Positions 47,575 through 55,861 of a DNA stretch of 64,000 bases are shown piece by piece. Numbering within the stretch: the stretch's first letter is position 1; every line of letters starts with the position of its first letter. Source of the stretch: an uncultured Bacteroidales bacterium (GTDB taxonomy: Bacteria; Bacteroidota; Bacteroidia; Bacteroidales; P3); the NCBI GenBank assembly GCA_944320465.1, contig CALUHO010000006.1, forward strand, positions 43,870 through 107,869, in the 5' to 3' direction. Both the position numbers and the translations under genes were made by a program. The notes below the pieces were generated by a model that saw nothing but the letters and a program-made list of their open reading frames with translations, made no database searches and had not been told where the DNA came from.

Positions 47575-49281
47575 ATGGCAGGAATCCGTCTTATCATTCT
47601 CATTGCTTGGGGGCTGTCCTCTTTGCATACGCAGGCGCGTGCGAAAGAGGCTTATATACCTAAAATGGAGGAAGAATCGGAACGGTTATATGCAAAAGGA
47701 TTGAAACTTTTCAATACCTATCAATACGATTCCGCCTTACCTTATTTCAACGAATTGATTCTGCGATTGCAAAACCATGAATTGGAATCCGAGGAAATGA
47801 CCTATGGCATCAAGGCGGAAAATCATGCAGGTGCCATACACCTGCTTTATTCCCGGAACCAGGAGGCGATGCAGTATTTTTCCCATGCTGCCTATTGCGC
47901 TCGCAAGGCCGATTCCTCCTATCTTCCCATGGTATTGAACAATATAGGCATCGTATACAGTAGATATGGCGCGTACGGGAAAGCCTACGAATTGTTCAAG
48001 GAATCTTTTGACAATCAGGAAGAGCAGGAAGCCGGCAGCGCGGACAGGATGTTACTGAATATGCTGACCATGGCCATATCCATGGACGATGAGCAGGCTG
48101 TGGCCTTGTGCATGCGCTATTGGGATAGCCCAACCTACCGGGATAACCCAAATTTCCCCTTTGCCATCAATCTGGCCAAAGCCTATATGGCTGAAAAGCA
48201 AGGCAAATACAGGGAAAGCCTGAGATACACGGAAAAACTATCCGAAAACCGTCCTCTGACATCGGATTCTGTTGATTTTTACTTGAGTTATTATTTAAGC
48301 ATCTCGGCCAAATACCAGCAGCTCGGGATTTTGGACTCGGCCATGCTATACAATGAAATAGCAAAGGAACTGGCAATGTCGAGGCATGACTACGCGATTG
48401 TCAGGGAGTGCAGCAAAAACCAGTATTACATAGAGCAGGGTCGCAATCTTGCCGATGCCGTCAGTGCAACGGTTTCCTACTGGGAGATGAGCGATAGCAT
48501 CTCTGCCGAGGAGAAGGAAAAGCAGCTGGCCAATTTGGAATACGCGGTACGTAAACACCAGCAGGAGCAAGAGATAAACCAGCTAAGAATAAACACTTTA
48601 CATCAACGTCAATTACTAAAAAGCCGGAACAGGACTCTTGTTTCCATCTTAAGCGGATTCATCATCGTTTCGATACTTCTGGTCATTGTCTATATCCAAA
48701 AACGAAAGCAGGCACATCATATACGGGCTTTGTATGAAAAGAACAAGGCTCTATGGAAATCAGAGCAACGCAGCCTGATTCGCCAGAAGCCGGCAGCCGA
48801 ACCGCCCGGCATCCCTGCCCCGGATTCGGTTCAGGACACTTCCGACAAGTCCATGTACGAGGAAGCCGCCGAAACCGAAATGGAAGGCAATTCTCAGCTG
48901 CATCTTTCCGAGGAATATTGCCAGACTTTGTTGGACAGGATTCTTCAAGTCTTTGAGAACGGCACGCTGTATCTGAAAAACACTTTCAATTTGGCCAAGT
49001 TAGCCAAAGCCACAAAATCCAATGCTACCTATGTATCGTACACATTGAATGAATATTACGGAAAGAGTTTTTCTGCCATGCTCAACGAATACCGAATCCG
49101 GTACGCCTGTGTTCTCATAGAAAGCCCAGATTATCAAAATTATAAGATTGAACACATTGCTCAAGTGGTAGGGTATAAAAGCAAATCCGCTTTCTATACG
49201 GCATTCAAAAAACAGACCGGATTGACACCGGCGCAATACCAGAGGGCCTCGATCCAGCAAAAAGCAGAAAATCTAGCCTGA
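47575..49281 (+). CDS. One-component transmembrane regulator: signal/TM + TPR-like sensor + coiled coil + TM + AraC-type HTH
   Basis: C-terminal LAKLAKATKSNATYVSYTLNEYYGKSFSAMLNEYRIRYAC...GYKSKSAFYTAFKKQTGLTPAQY (AraC HTH). The internal TM is LVSILSGFIIVSILLVIVYIQ. I moved the start to the Met downstream of the korB terminator. Confidence 0.75.
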   Translation: MAGIRLIILIAWGLSSLHTQARAKEAYIPKMEEESERLYAKGLKLFNTYQYDSALPYFNELILRLQNHELESEEMTYGIKAENHAGAIHLLYSRNQEAMQYFSHAAYCARKADSSYLPMVLNNIGIVYSRYGAYGKAYELFKESFDNQEEQEAGSADRMLLNMLTMAISMDDEQAVALCMRYWDSPTYRDNPNFPFAINLAKAYMAEKQGKYRESLRYTEKLSENRPLTSDSVDFYLSYYLSISAKYQQLGILDSAMLYNEIAKELAMSRHDYAIVRECSKNQYYIEQGRNLADAVSATVSYWEMSDSISAEEKEKQLANLEYAVRKHQQEQEINQLRINTLHQRQLLKSRNRTLVSILSGFIIVSILLVIVYIQKRKQAHHIRALYEKNKALWKSEQRSLIRQKPAAEPPGIPAPDSVQDTSDKSMYEEAAETEMEGNSQLHLSEEYCQTLLDRILQVFENGTLYLKNTFNLAKLAKATKSNATYVSYTLNEYYGKSFSAMLNEYRIRYACVLIESPDYQNYKIEHIAQVVGYKSKSAFYTAFKKQTGLTPAQYQRASIQQKAENLA

Positions 49282-49470
49282 TGAATAGGCTCGAATGGAC
49301 ATCCAAAACGTTTTTTATTGATAGAATATTGATATACACTATATTATTATATTTACTTGCATGTTCTGATTGTTTAATTCGTACATTTTCGTCATAAAAA
49401 GTAAACATCTATCCGCTATTTTCGTCATGTTTTTCTAAACAAAAGTTCATCACAACAAAAACCAGAAAAC

Positions 49471-52400
49471 ATGAAAAAATTGTCAAGCATCTTGATGATT
49501 CTGCTGGGAAGCATGACTATCGCTTTCGCGCAGACGCAGACAGGGAACAACAAGGACTATTACCGTCCTTTGGCCAAGCCCAACCCTGCCTCTGAACTGA
49601 AAGCAGTTCAATCTGACAAAAGCCCGTACTCCCCTTTTGAAAAATCGAAGACCTTCAAAGGGAAAAAAGCACGGAAACCGAAATTTGCTAACGATAGCAT
49701 TTTCTATGGAAGCCTGTTGAGCGACACACTGACCGAAGAATTCTCCGGTCTTGTGGGGCTTGATTTGCGCACCGGCGAAGTGGCTCGCTTATTCCCGTAT
49801 CCGGATCGCATGACAGCCGTATCCGGTTGCGTTGTGGATGGTTTCATGTACATGTATATGTGCCAAGGCAACATCGCGGGCATGTATGTGCCGAGGGCAT
49901 TCGCCCGCATGGATATCGCCACCGGGGAATTTTCTTACATTGCCGATTGGCAAGATCTTGAAAACATCTTCATGGACATGACCTACGACCCCACGGAAGA
50001 CAGGATATACGCCATCGCGGTAAATTCCCTTTGGATTGTGGATCGGGAAACGGGCGATTGCACAAAACTGGGTGATTTTGAACCGATAAACAATCGCACA
50101 GACAGGACGTTCTATACCATTGCCTGCAACCGGTACGGAGAAATGTATGCCATAGACAATGAAACGGAGACCCTTTGCCGGATAGACAAGCAGAGTTTGG
50201 AAGTGGAAGAAATAGCCGATTTGTGGATGGGACTGAGTTTCCGCCAGTCCATGTCTTTTGACCACGAGACCGATTCCCTTTATTTGGCCGCCCAGACCTC
50301 GGATGGACATTACATAGCTACCATCAACCTTGAAACCGCTTCCATCCACCGCATTTGCGACATGCAGCACAAAGCCAGGGTTTCATGCTTGTATGTGCCT
50401 GTGACAACCAAAGCGGACGAAGTTCCGGTTGCTCCTGCCGATTTCGCCATTGAGCCGTCGGGCGCTTTCCAAGCAACGCTGACTCTCTCCGCACCTGCTC
50501 AAACCTTAGGAGGAAGCAATCTTGGCAGCTTGGATGAAATCCGTCTTTACCGTCAGGATTCTTTGATTCATACCTTTGCCGATCCCGAACCTGGTCAAGT
50601 ATACAGTTATACCGACCAAGTGGAAAATTCCGGAACCTACCGGTATTACGCGGTAGCGGAAAACGAACAAGGCACAAGCCCTGTGGCTGTCGGCCATCGT
50701 TTTGTCGGCCGGGATATTCCGGGAGCCTTGCAGAACCTGAAAGTGCAGGAAACTGCTGCGGAAAACGTGGAACTGTCGTGGAATCTGCCCGAATACGGCA
50801 TGGAAAACGGCTGGATTGACCATTCCTCTCTGCATTACGTCATTTTACGTGAATACGGGGCAGAACCTTATGTGGATACATTGGAGAAGGAATGGAACGC
50901 ATCTACCTATGCGGATGCTGATTTTGACACTGCCGATTTGCGGTATACATACACAGTGATTCCCGTTACATCTGATGGTGCCGGTCCTGAATGCCGGAGT
51001 CAAGGTGTCTATATCGGATCTGTTTCTTCACTCCCCTATAAGAACTATTTCGATACCGATGAGTCCATGGACCGGATGAACATGGTAGACGCGAATGCCG
51101 ACGGCATCACATGGGATTTGTTCCTGACCGCGTATGTCAACAAGGCTCGCTACGATGGTTCTGACTTCGATACGGCCAATGATTGGCTGATTACGCCTCC
51201 CGTGCAAGTAGAAGCCGGACATCATTACAGGCTCTCTTTCTGGTTCGGCGGTTCAGGCGTAAGGACAGAAAACATCGATATATGGATGGGCAATGGCTAT
51301 CATCCTGAAAACATGACAAAAAAAATGGGGTCATTTGAATGCACCGGAAGCCAGGAAAATCCCGTGGAACTTACTTTTGTGGCAGATGAAACCAGTCCTT
51401 GTTGCTTTGGATTTCATGCGGTATCGATGCCAGACCAAGGCTACCTCAGCGTTGGCGACATCGCGGTGGAAGAAATGGAGGAAAACGATTTGCAAGCCAT
51501 GTCCGTAGCGGGACGTTCAATGCCGACGGCACTAAACCGGTATGTTTACGAGGCCACCATACGCAATAACGGTTTCGGGACCCAAGAAGGATTTTCTGTG
51601 AGCCTGATAGACAGTGCTTCGCAGGAAGTATTGTGCCATGTGGATGCTGACAACGTGCTGGCATCGGGAGAGGTATGTACCATTCCCCTTGAGTTTGCCC
51701 CCCAGCAGGAAGGCATTCAGAAGATAGCCGCCATGATACATAAGGATGGCGATCAGAATACGGGCAACGACCAATCTCCTTATCTGGCTATCGATGTGCA
51801 GGAAGCCGGTGAAAGCGAGTACGGGCAATTGAGTTCGGGAACTTCCAATGGAGGAGCGCCCCTTTTCTTTGCCTACAAATCGGTATTCAATGAATGCGTC
51901 TATACGCCGGAAGAGATAGAACTCTCCTACGGGAAAATCACCGACCTCTATCTCCAGTATGAATACAGAGGGAGCGACACGCTCAAGATTATTGACAACA
52001 AACTCAATGTGTACATGGGGGTAAGCGATATGGATTTGTTCACGGATTCCTACATACTCAAACGCGGGCTTGCCAAAGTCTTGGATACCACCCTTACCCT
52101 TGTCATTCCTCCTGCAAGAAACCCGTATCCTTCAGGAGAAATTCATCTCCATCTTGATTCCGCTTTCTCGTATACCAGCGGGAATCTGATTGTGGCATTT
52201 GAGCGTCCTTTGGACACCAATCATGAAAGCGAATACAGTTTCTATGTTGCTTATAAATCCGTGCAAGGTGCTAATGCCAACTTCTTGAGCAATGCCGAAG
52301 AGTACGTGGATGACCAATCGCTTGTTACCCTGAACAGCTATAAGGCTAACATTCGTGTAAAAGCCCAGACCAAGAATCTGGCCACCATTGCCGGCGTAGT

Positions 52401-53961
52401 GAAAGATCTGGAAGGCAATCCGGTGGAAGCCGTCACGGTCAGGATTCCACAGCTGGGGCTTGCCATGGAAACCGGACTGGACGGAGCCTACATGTTCCAA
52501 GCCTTGGATGCCGGGCAATACGAACTTGTTGCATCGGCTTATGGATATGCGGACACTTCGGCTTCGATAGAAGCGGCGGTTTCGGACACTGCCAGCCTAG
52601 ATTTGAGGCTCAGGGAATTCGCCAACTACCGTCTCAGCGGCGTGGTACAGGATGGAGACGGACAGCCGATGGCGGATATACTGGTAACCTTGACCGGAGA
52701 CGGGGTTTACGCATATCCGGATATCAGGACGAATGCCGATGGAAGTTTTGTCTATGACAAAATTTATGCCGGGCATGAATGCTCTTTGATGGTGCAGAAA
52801 GCCGGATATACGCCCTACTCCACGGTGCTGGAAACCTCTATTACCGAAGATCAGAATTTAGAAATCATCTTATCGACCATAGCCAATGCGCCACGTTCCA
52901 TAGTGATTACCGAAAGCAACCAGGAATCCAATACATTAGCTTATACGCCTCCTATCGCAAAGAGCGCTTTCAGGATTGACGGTGGCGAGCCATACACCAT
53001 CTTAGGGGCGGAAAACGGAACGGAAGCCACCATCATGGGGACAGCCTACCGTTGCCCGGCTTATGTGGAAAGTGTAAGCTGGTATGTGGAAGAATACCAA
53101 AGCACGCACGGTGTGGTACACTTGTTTGTCGTCCCATTAGATGAAAACGGGCATCCTATGCAGAGGTTGTTGTATTATGAATTGGATGTACCCAACAAAG
53201 ACAACCGCTGGAACCATCATACCTTCCCCGAACCGGTCTACGCACCCGACGGATTCATGGTGGGTGTCAGCGGAGCCGGATTTTTGGGCTTGGCTGCGGC
53301 TTATCCTACCCAAGAATATCCTTTCCTTCCCAATACATCGTATTTCACAAGGGATATCTTCACACAGCCCTTTGCTGCTTTGGGAGATACCAATTACTAC
53401 GATCTGGCCGACTTGCATTGCAATTTCATGGTCCGAGCCACCGGTATTGCCTTGAATCCCGATGACCCTAACATCGATACCTCGGCCGAACCGCAAGCAG
53501 TCAAGGGGTACAACCTCTACCGGTTCCCGGAAAGCCAGATGGAAGATGTTGACAGCTGGACCTTGCTGAATGAAAGCCCGGTTTCCGAACTCTCTTACAA
53601 GGACGCTTCTTTTGCCGATGCCCAGGAAGGCCGTTACCGCTATGCGGTCAAGGCGGTATATCCGGGAGAAGACCTGTCTGCTGCCATCTTCTCGACAGTA
53701 GTAGAAAAGGATGAACAGGATACGACTTCGGTGGAATACGGCATCGACAATGAATTCCGGGTATACCCGAATCCGGCGGATGAACGTCTCTATGTGGAAG
53801 GCGATGTGGAGGAAGTGGAGATTTTTGGTCTGAACGGGAACCTGCTTATCGAATCAAGGCGGAAAAGCATCGACATCAGTTCCTTGTCTTCCGGCATCTA
53901 TCTTGTCAAGGTCACTGGAGAGGGAGACAAGGTTCGTCTTTTCAAGATTATAAAGTATTAG
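49471..53961 (+). CDS. Giant T9SS-secreted multidomain surface protein (FN3-like, choice-of-anchor-J/cleaved-adhesin-like, two carboxypeptidase-regulatory-like domains, T9SS CTD)
   Basis: Signal peptide MKKLSSILMILLGSMTIAFAQ; MVDANADGITWDL (adhesin-type domain); IAGVVKDLEGNPVEAVTVRI and LSGVVQDGDGQPMADILVTL (CarboxypepD_reg-like). The C-terminus FRVYPNPADERLYVEG...IFGLNGNLL...LSSGIYLVKV is a type A sorting domain. Confidence 0.85.
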   Translation: MKKLSSILMILLGSMTIAFAQTQTGNNKDYYRPLAKPNPASELKAVQSDKSPYSPFEKSKTFKGKKARKPKFANDSIFYGSLLSDTLTEEFSGLVGLDLRTGEVARLFPYPDRMTAVSGCVVDGFMYMYMCQGNIAGMYVPRAFARMDIATGEFSYIADWQDLENIFMDMTYDPTEDRIYAIAVNSLWIVDRETGDCTKLGDFEPINNRTDRTFYTIACNRYGEMYAIDNETETLCRIDKQSLEVEEIADLWMGLSFRQSMSFDHETDSLYLAAQTSDGHYIATINLETASIHRICDMQHKARVSCLYVPVTTKADEVPVAPADFAIEPSGAFQATLTLSAPAQTLGGSNLGSLDEIRLYRQDSLIHTFADPEPGQVYSYTDQVENSGTYRYYAVAENEQGTSPVAVGHRFVGRDIPGALQNLKVQETAAENVELSWNLPEYGMENGWIDHSSLHYVILREYGAEPYVDTLEKEWNASTYADADFDTADLRYTYTVIPVTSDGAGPECRSQGVYIGSVSSLPYKNYFDTDESMDRMNMVDANADGITWDLFLTAYVNKARYDGSDFDTANDWLITPPVQVEAGHHYRLSFWFGGSGVRTENIDIWMGNGYHPENMTKKMGSFECTGSQENPVELTFVADETSPCCFGFHAVSMPDQGYLSVGDIAVEEMEENDLQAMSVAGRSMPTALNRYVYEATIRNNGFGTQEGFSVSLIDSASQEVLCHVDADNVLASGEVCTIPLEFAPQQEGIQKIAAMIHKDGDQNTGNDQSPYLAIDVQEAGESEYGQLSSGTSNGGAPLFFAYKSVFNECVYTPEEIELSYGKITDLYLQYEYRGSDTLKIIDNKLNVYMGVSDMDLFTDSYILKRGLAKVLDTTLTLVIPPARNPYPSGEIHLHLDSAFSYTSGNLIVAFERPLDTNHESEYSFYVAYKSVQGANANFLSNAEEYVDDQSLVTLNSYKANIRVKAQTKNLATIAGVVKDLEGNPVEAVTVRIPQLGLAMETGLDGAYMFQALDAGQYELVASAYGYADTSASIEAAVSDTASLDLRLREFANYRLSGVVQDGDGQPMADILVTLTGDGVYAYPDIRTNADGSFVYDKIYAGHECSLMVQKAGYTPYSTVLETSITEDQNLEIILSTIANAPRSIVITESNQESNTLAYTPPIAKSAFRIDGGEPYTILGAENGTEATIMGTAYRCPAYVESVSWYVEEYQSTHGVVHLFVVPLDENGHPMQRLLYYELDVPNKDNRWNHHTFPEPVYAPDGFMVGVSGAGFLGLAAAYPTQEYPFLPNTSYFTRDIFTQPFAALGDTNYYDLADLHCNFMVRATGIALNPDDPNIDTSAEPQAVKGYNLYRFPESQMEDVDSWTLLNESPVSELSYKDASFADAQEGRYRYAVKAVYPGEDLSAAIFSTVVEKDEQDTTSVEYGIDNEFRVYPNPADERLYVEGDVEEVEIFGLNGNLLIESRRKSIDISSLSSGIYLVKVTGEGDKVRLFKIIKY

Positions 53962-53983
53962 GTTTTGGTTGTTTGTTCCATCG

Positions 53984-54016
53984 AGCGCGGTGTCTTTTGA
54001 TGCCGCGCTTTTTTTA
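53984..54016 (+). terminator. Rho-independent terminator after the adhesin gene
   Basis: AGCGCGG-12 nt-CCGCGCT followed by TTTTTTT. Confidence 0.75.
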
Positions 54017-54128
54017 TGGCAGAGACGAGGCATGCGAAGCCGCTCGCGCCCCATCTACGACTGTATATTAAAATGATTTAGGATAAGCAGACACGAGGCG
54101 TCGAGCCACCTTAACACGAAAAAAAATT

Positions 54129-54251
54129 AAACTTGCTTTATATCAGATGGATACGAGGCGTCGGCTTGATGCAGGGCGAGGGAGCGTACTTAGGTACGTG
54201 ACCGAGCCATGCGAAAGCCGCAACGAAGTAGACATCGATATAAACAAGTTT
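54129..54251 (+). repeat. Long-hairpin intergenic repeat, copy 3 (apex GGAGCGTACTTAGGTACGTGA at 54181-54201)
   Basis: The outer arms AAACTTGCTTTATATCAGATGG and GACATCGATATAAACAAGTTT are complementary. The copy abuts the 3' end of rnpB. A truncated left-arm copy lies upstream, around 54090-54128. Confidence 0.75.
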
Positions 54252-54256
54252 AAAAA

Positions 54257-54603
54257 AAAGGATGACCCTATAAGCCGGGTTCTGTACCAGTAAACTGGCG
54301 GCTGTCATTTATCTCGGCAGCCCGTCACCGGACTGCTCTATCGATCTACCCCCCGTCTTCGGCCGAGCCCACCTTGACATACGGTATATTTGATCTTTCA
54401 ACCCATAAGGTTTACCCCGGAGAAATGTCACCACTCCCCGCGTGAGCTCTTACCCCACGTTTTCACCCTTACCGGAAAACCGGCGGTTATTTTCTGCGGC
54501 ACTAGCTGTCAGCCTCGCGGCTGCCTTCCTGTTAGGAAGTATGGCGGCTCAGTGTTGCCCGGACTTTCCTCTGCTATGCAGCGACAGCCCAGGTCATCCT
54601 TTT
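54257..54603 (-). ncRNA. rnpB: RNase P RNA (bacterial type A)
   Basis: The minus strand reads AAAGGATGACCTGGGCTGTCGCTGCATAGCAGAGGAAAGTCCGGGCAACAC..., which contains the universal GAGGAAAGTCCGGGC. It ends ...ACAGAACCCGGCTTATAGGGTCATCCTTTTTTTT. The P1 helix AAAGGATGACC/GGTCATCCTTT closes the molecule. Confidence 0.9.
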
Positions 54604-54727
54604 AAAGTTAAAATAAACAGGCATCTGCGGCGTTGCCTGCGGGTCTCGGCCTCGGTCACGTACAAAAGTACGCTCCCGTCGTCCTCGCCCTTGGCGGCCT
54701 TGCATCTGCCCATTTATTTTAACTTTA
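54604..54727 (-). repeat. Long-hairpin intergenic repeat, copy 4 (inverted orientation; apex at 54656-54676)
   Basis: Perfect 14-nt terminal arms AAAGTTAAAATAAA and TTTATTTTAACTTT. The apex TCACGTACAAAAGTACGCTCC is the reverse complement of the family core. The copy abuts the 5' end of rnpB. Confidence 0.75.
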
Positions 54728-54741
54728 AACCAGTCTCGTCC

Positions 54742-54916
54742 AAACGGGCATCTGCGGCGTTGCTTTCGAGTCTCGAACTCAGTCACGAAAGGCAGTGCAA
54801 GCCGAGCGCAGAGCCAAACGCAGTTTGAGCTATGCCGAGGCGCAGCCTGCTTTCGCTGCGAAGCAGCAACCTAAGTACGCTCCTTCGTTCTCGCTCTCAG
54901 CGCCTTGCATCTGCCC
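54742..54916 (-). repeat. Long-hairpin repeat, copy 5, interrupted at its apex by an about 80-nt segment related to the 83-bp repeat of 9858-10098
   Basis: The left half GGCATCTGCGGCGTTGCTTTCGAGTCTCGAACTCAGTCACG and right half AAGTACGCTCCTTCGTTCTCGCTCTCAGCGCCTTGCATCTGCC are the reverse complement of the two halves of copy 1. The intervening CGAGCGCAGAGCCAAACG...GCCGAGGCGCA resembles the 83-bp unit. Confidence 0.65.
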
Positions 54917-55004
54917 CTTCAGATTCAATTTAATCCGTCTTGTCTGAACGGGCATCTGCCCAACTCAACTACGTTCAAGGCCGCGAAGATACAAAGATTT
55001 GCCA

Positions 55005-55343
55005 TCATGCATCCAATAATGTTTCTACTTCTTGCCTCAGCAAAGGCAAATGATTGATGACAATGCTCCACAAGATATCGGCAGAAAGACTATCGTATCC
55101 ATGGCTTATGTAATTCCGGGCATCAACGATTTTCCTCGCATTGGTTATCGCAATACCCTTATTCTCTTTAAGAAGCCTATTGGTCGCTTCACCTATGATT
55201 TCAATATTTCGTTCAACAGCTCGTCTTAGGCAAAGATTATTGCAAAATTCATGGAAGACTTTAGGTCTCCCACCAAAAAATGAATCAATTTCCTCAATCG
55301 CCGTGGCTATATCATAGAGATGCTTCTTGATAGAATTATCCAT
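55005..55343 (-). CDS. hepT: HepT-like (DUF86/HEPN) ribonuclease toxin
   Basis: About 112 aa with the RNxxxHxY-type HEPN motif (ARNYISHGY). It overlaps the upstream nucleotidyltransferase gene by 8 nt. Confidence 0.8.
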   Translation of the reverse strand: MDNSIKKHLYDIATAIEEIDSFFGGRPKVFHEFCNNLCLRRAVERNIEIIGEATNRLLKENKGIAITNARKIVDARNYISHGYDSLSADILWSIVINHLPLLRQEVETLLDA

Positions 55344-55635
55344 ATATCAATTTCTTTGTATCTTCCACATTCTGTTGAAAATAACGATTCTTAATGGCTT
55401 GGCTTTCCACTAAATCCACATCCCGTCTCAAAGCAGATTCCAAACCATATTTCAATTCAAAAAAGTTATCAAAGTAGTCCTCTATCTGGGATTTATCAAA
55501 ATCAACCAAAAAATCCACATCACTCTTGCTTGAAAACCTGTCTGTCAAGACCGAACCAAAGACAAACAATCTTTTTACTTTGTGCTTCAAACACAAAGCA
55601 TCGATTTTCTTCTTGTTAGCCTCTATCAGATTCAT
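55336..55635 (-). CDS. mntA: MNT-type nucleotidyltransferase antitoxin
   Basis: LFVFGSVLTDRFSSKSDVDFLVDF (GSx10-20DxD minimal nucleotidyltransferase motif). The start is set at MNLIEANKK. Confidence 0.8.
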   Translation of the reverse strand: MNLIEANKKKIDALCLKHKVKRLFVFGSVLTDRFSSKSDVDFLVDFDKSQIEDYFDNFFELKYGLESALRRDVDLVESQAIKNRYFQQNVEDTKKLIYG

Positions 55636-55756
55636 GGTAAAAATTCTCTCAAAATCCCGCATTCCAGCCCAATGGAACACACCACTTCTTTCCGCGAAAG
55701 TACTAATTTTTCGGTGATACCGCTAGAGAGGCCAAAAGAATTCTAAACCGAATTTG

Positions 55757-55809
55757 AAAATAAAACGAGGACGGTTGCCGCTGTATGAACAGCGGTGAAC
55801 CATCCTCGT
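55757..55809 (-). terminator. Rho-independent terminator after htpG
   Basis: The minus strand reads ACGAGGATGGTT-(inner hairpin CCGCTG..CAGCGG)-AACCGTCCTCGT followed by TTTTATTTTC. Confidence 0.75.
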
Positions 55810-55861
55810 CTCCACAATTCCATGCGTCACATTATCCAATGCCTGCACACATCCCTACCGC

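Noticed and set aside
54390-54828. 71-aa and 128-aa + ORFs near 54.4-54.8 kb
   Set aside because: They lie antisense to RNase P RNA and across hairpin repeats. There is no coding signal.
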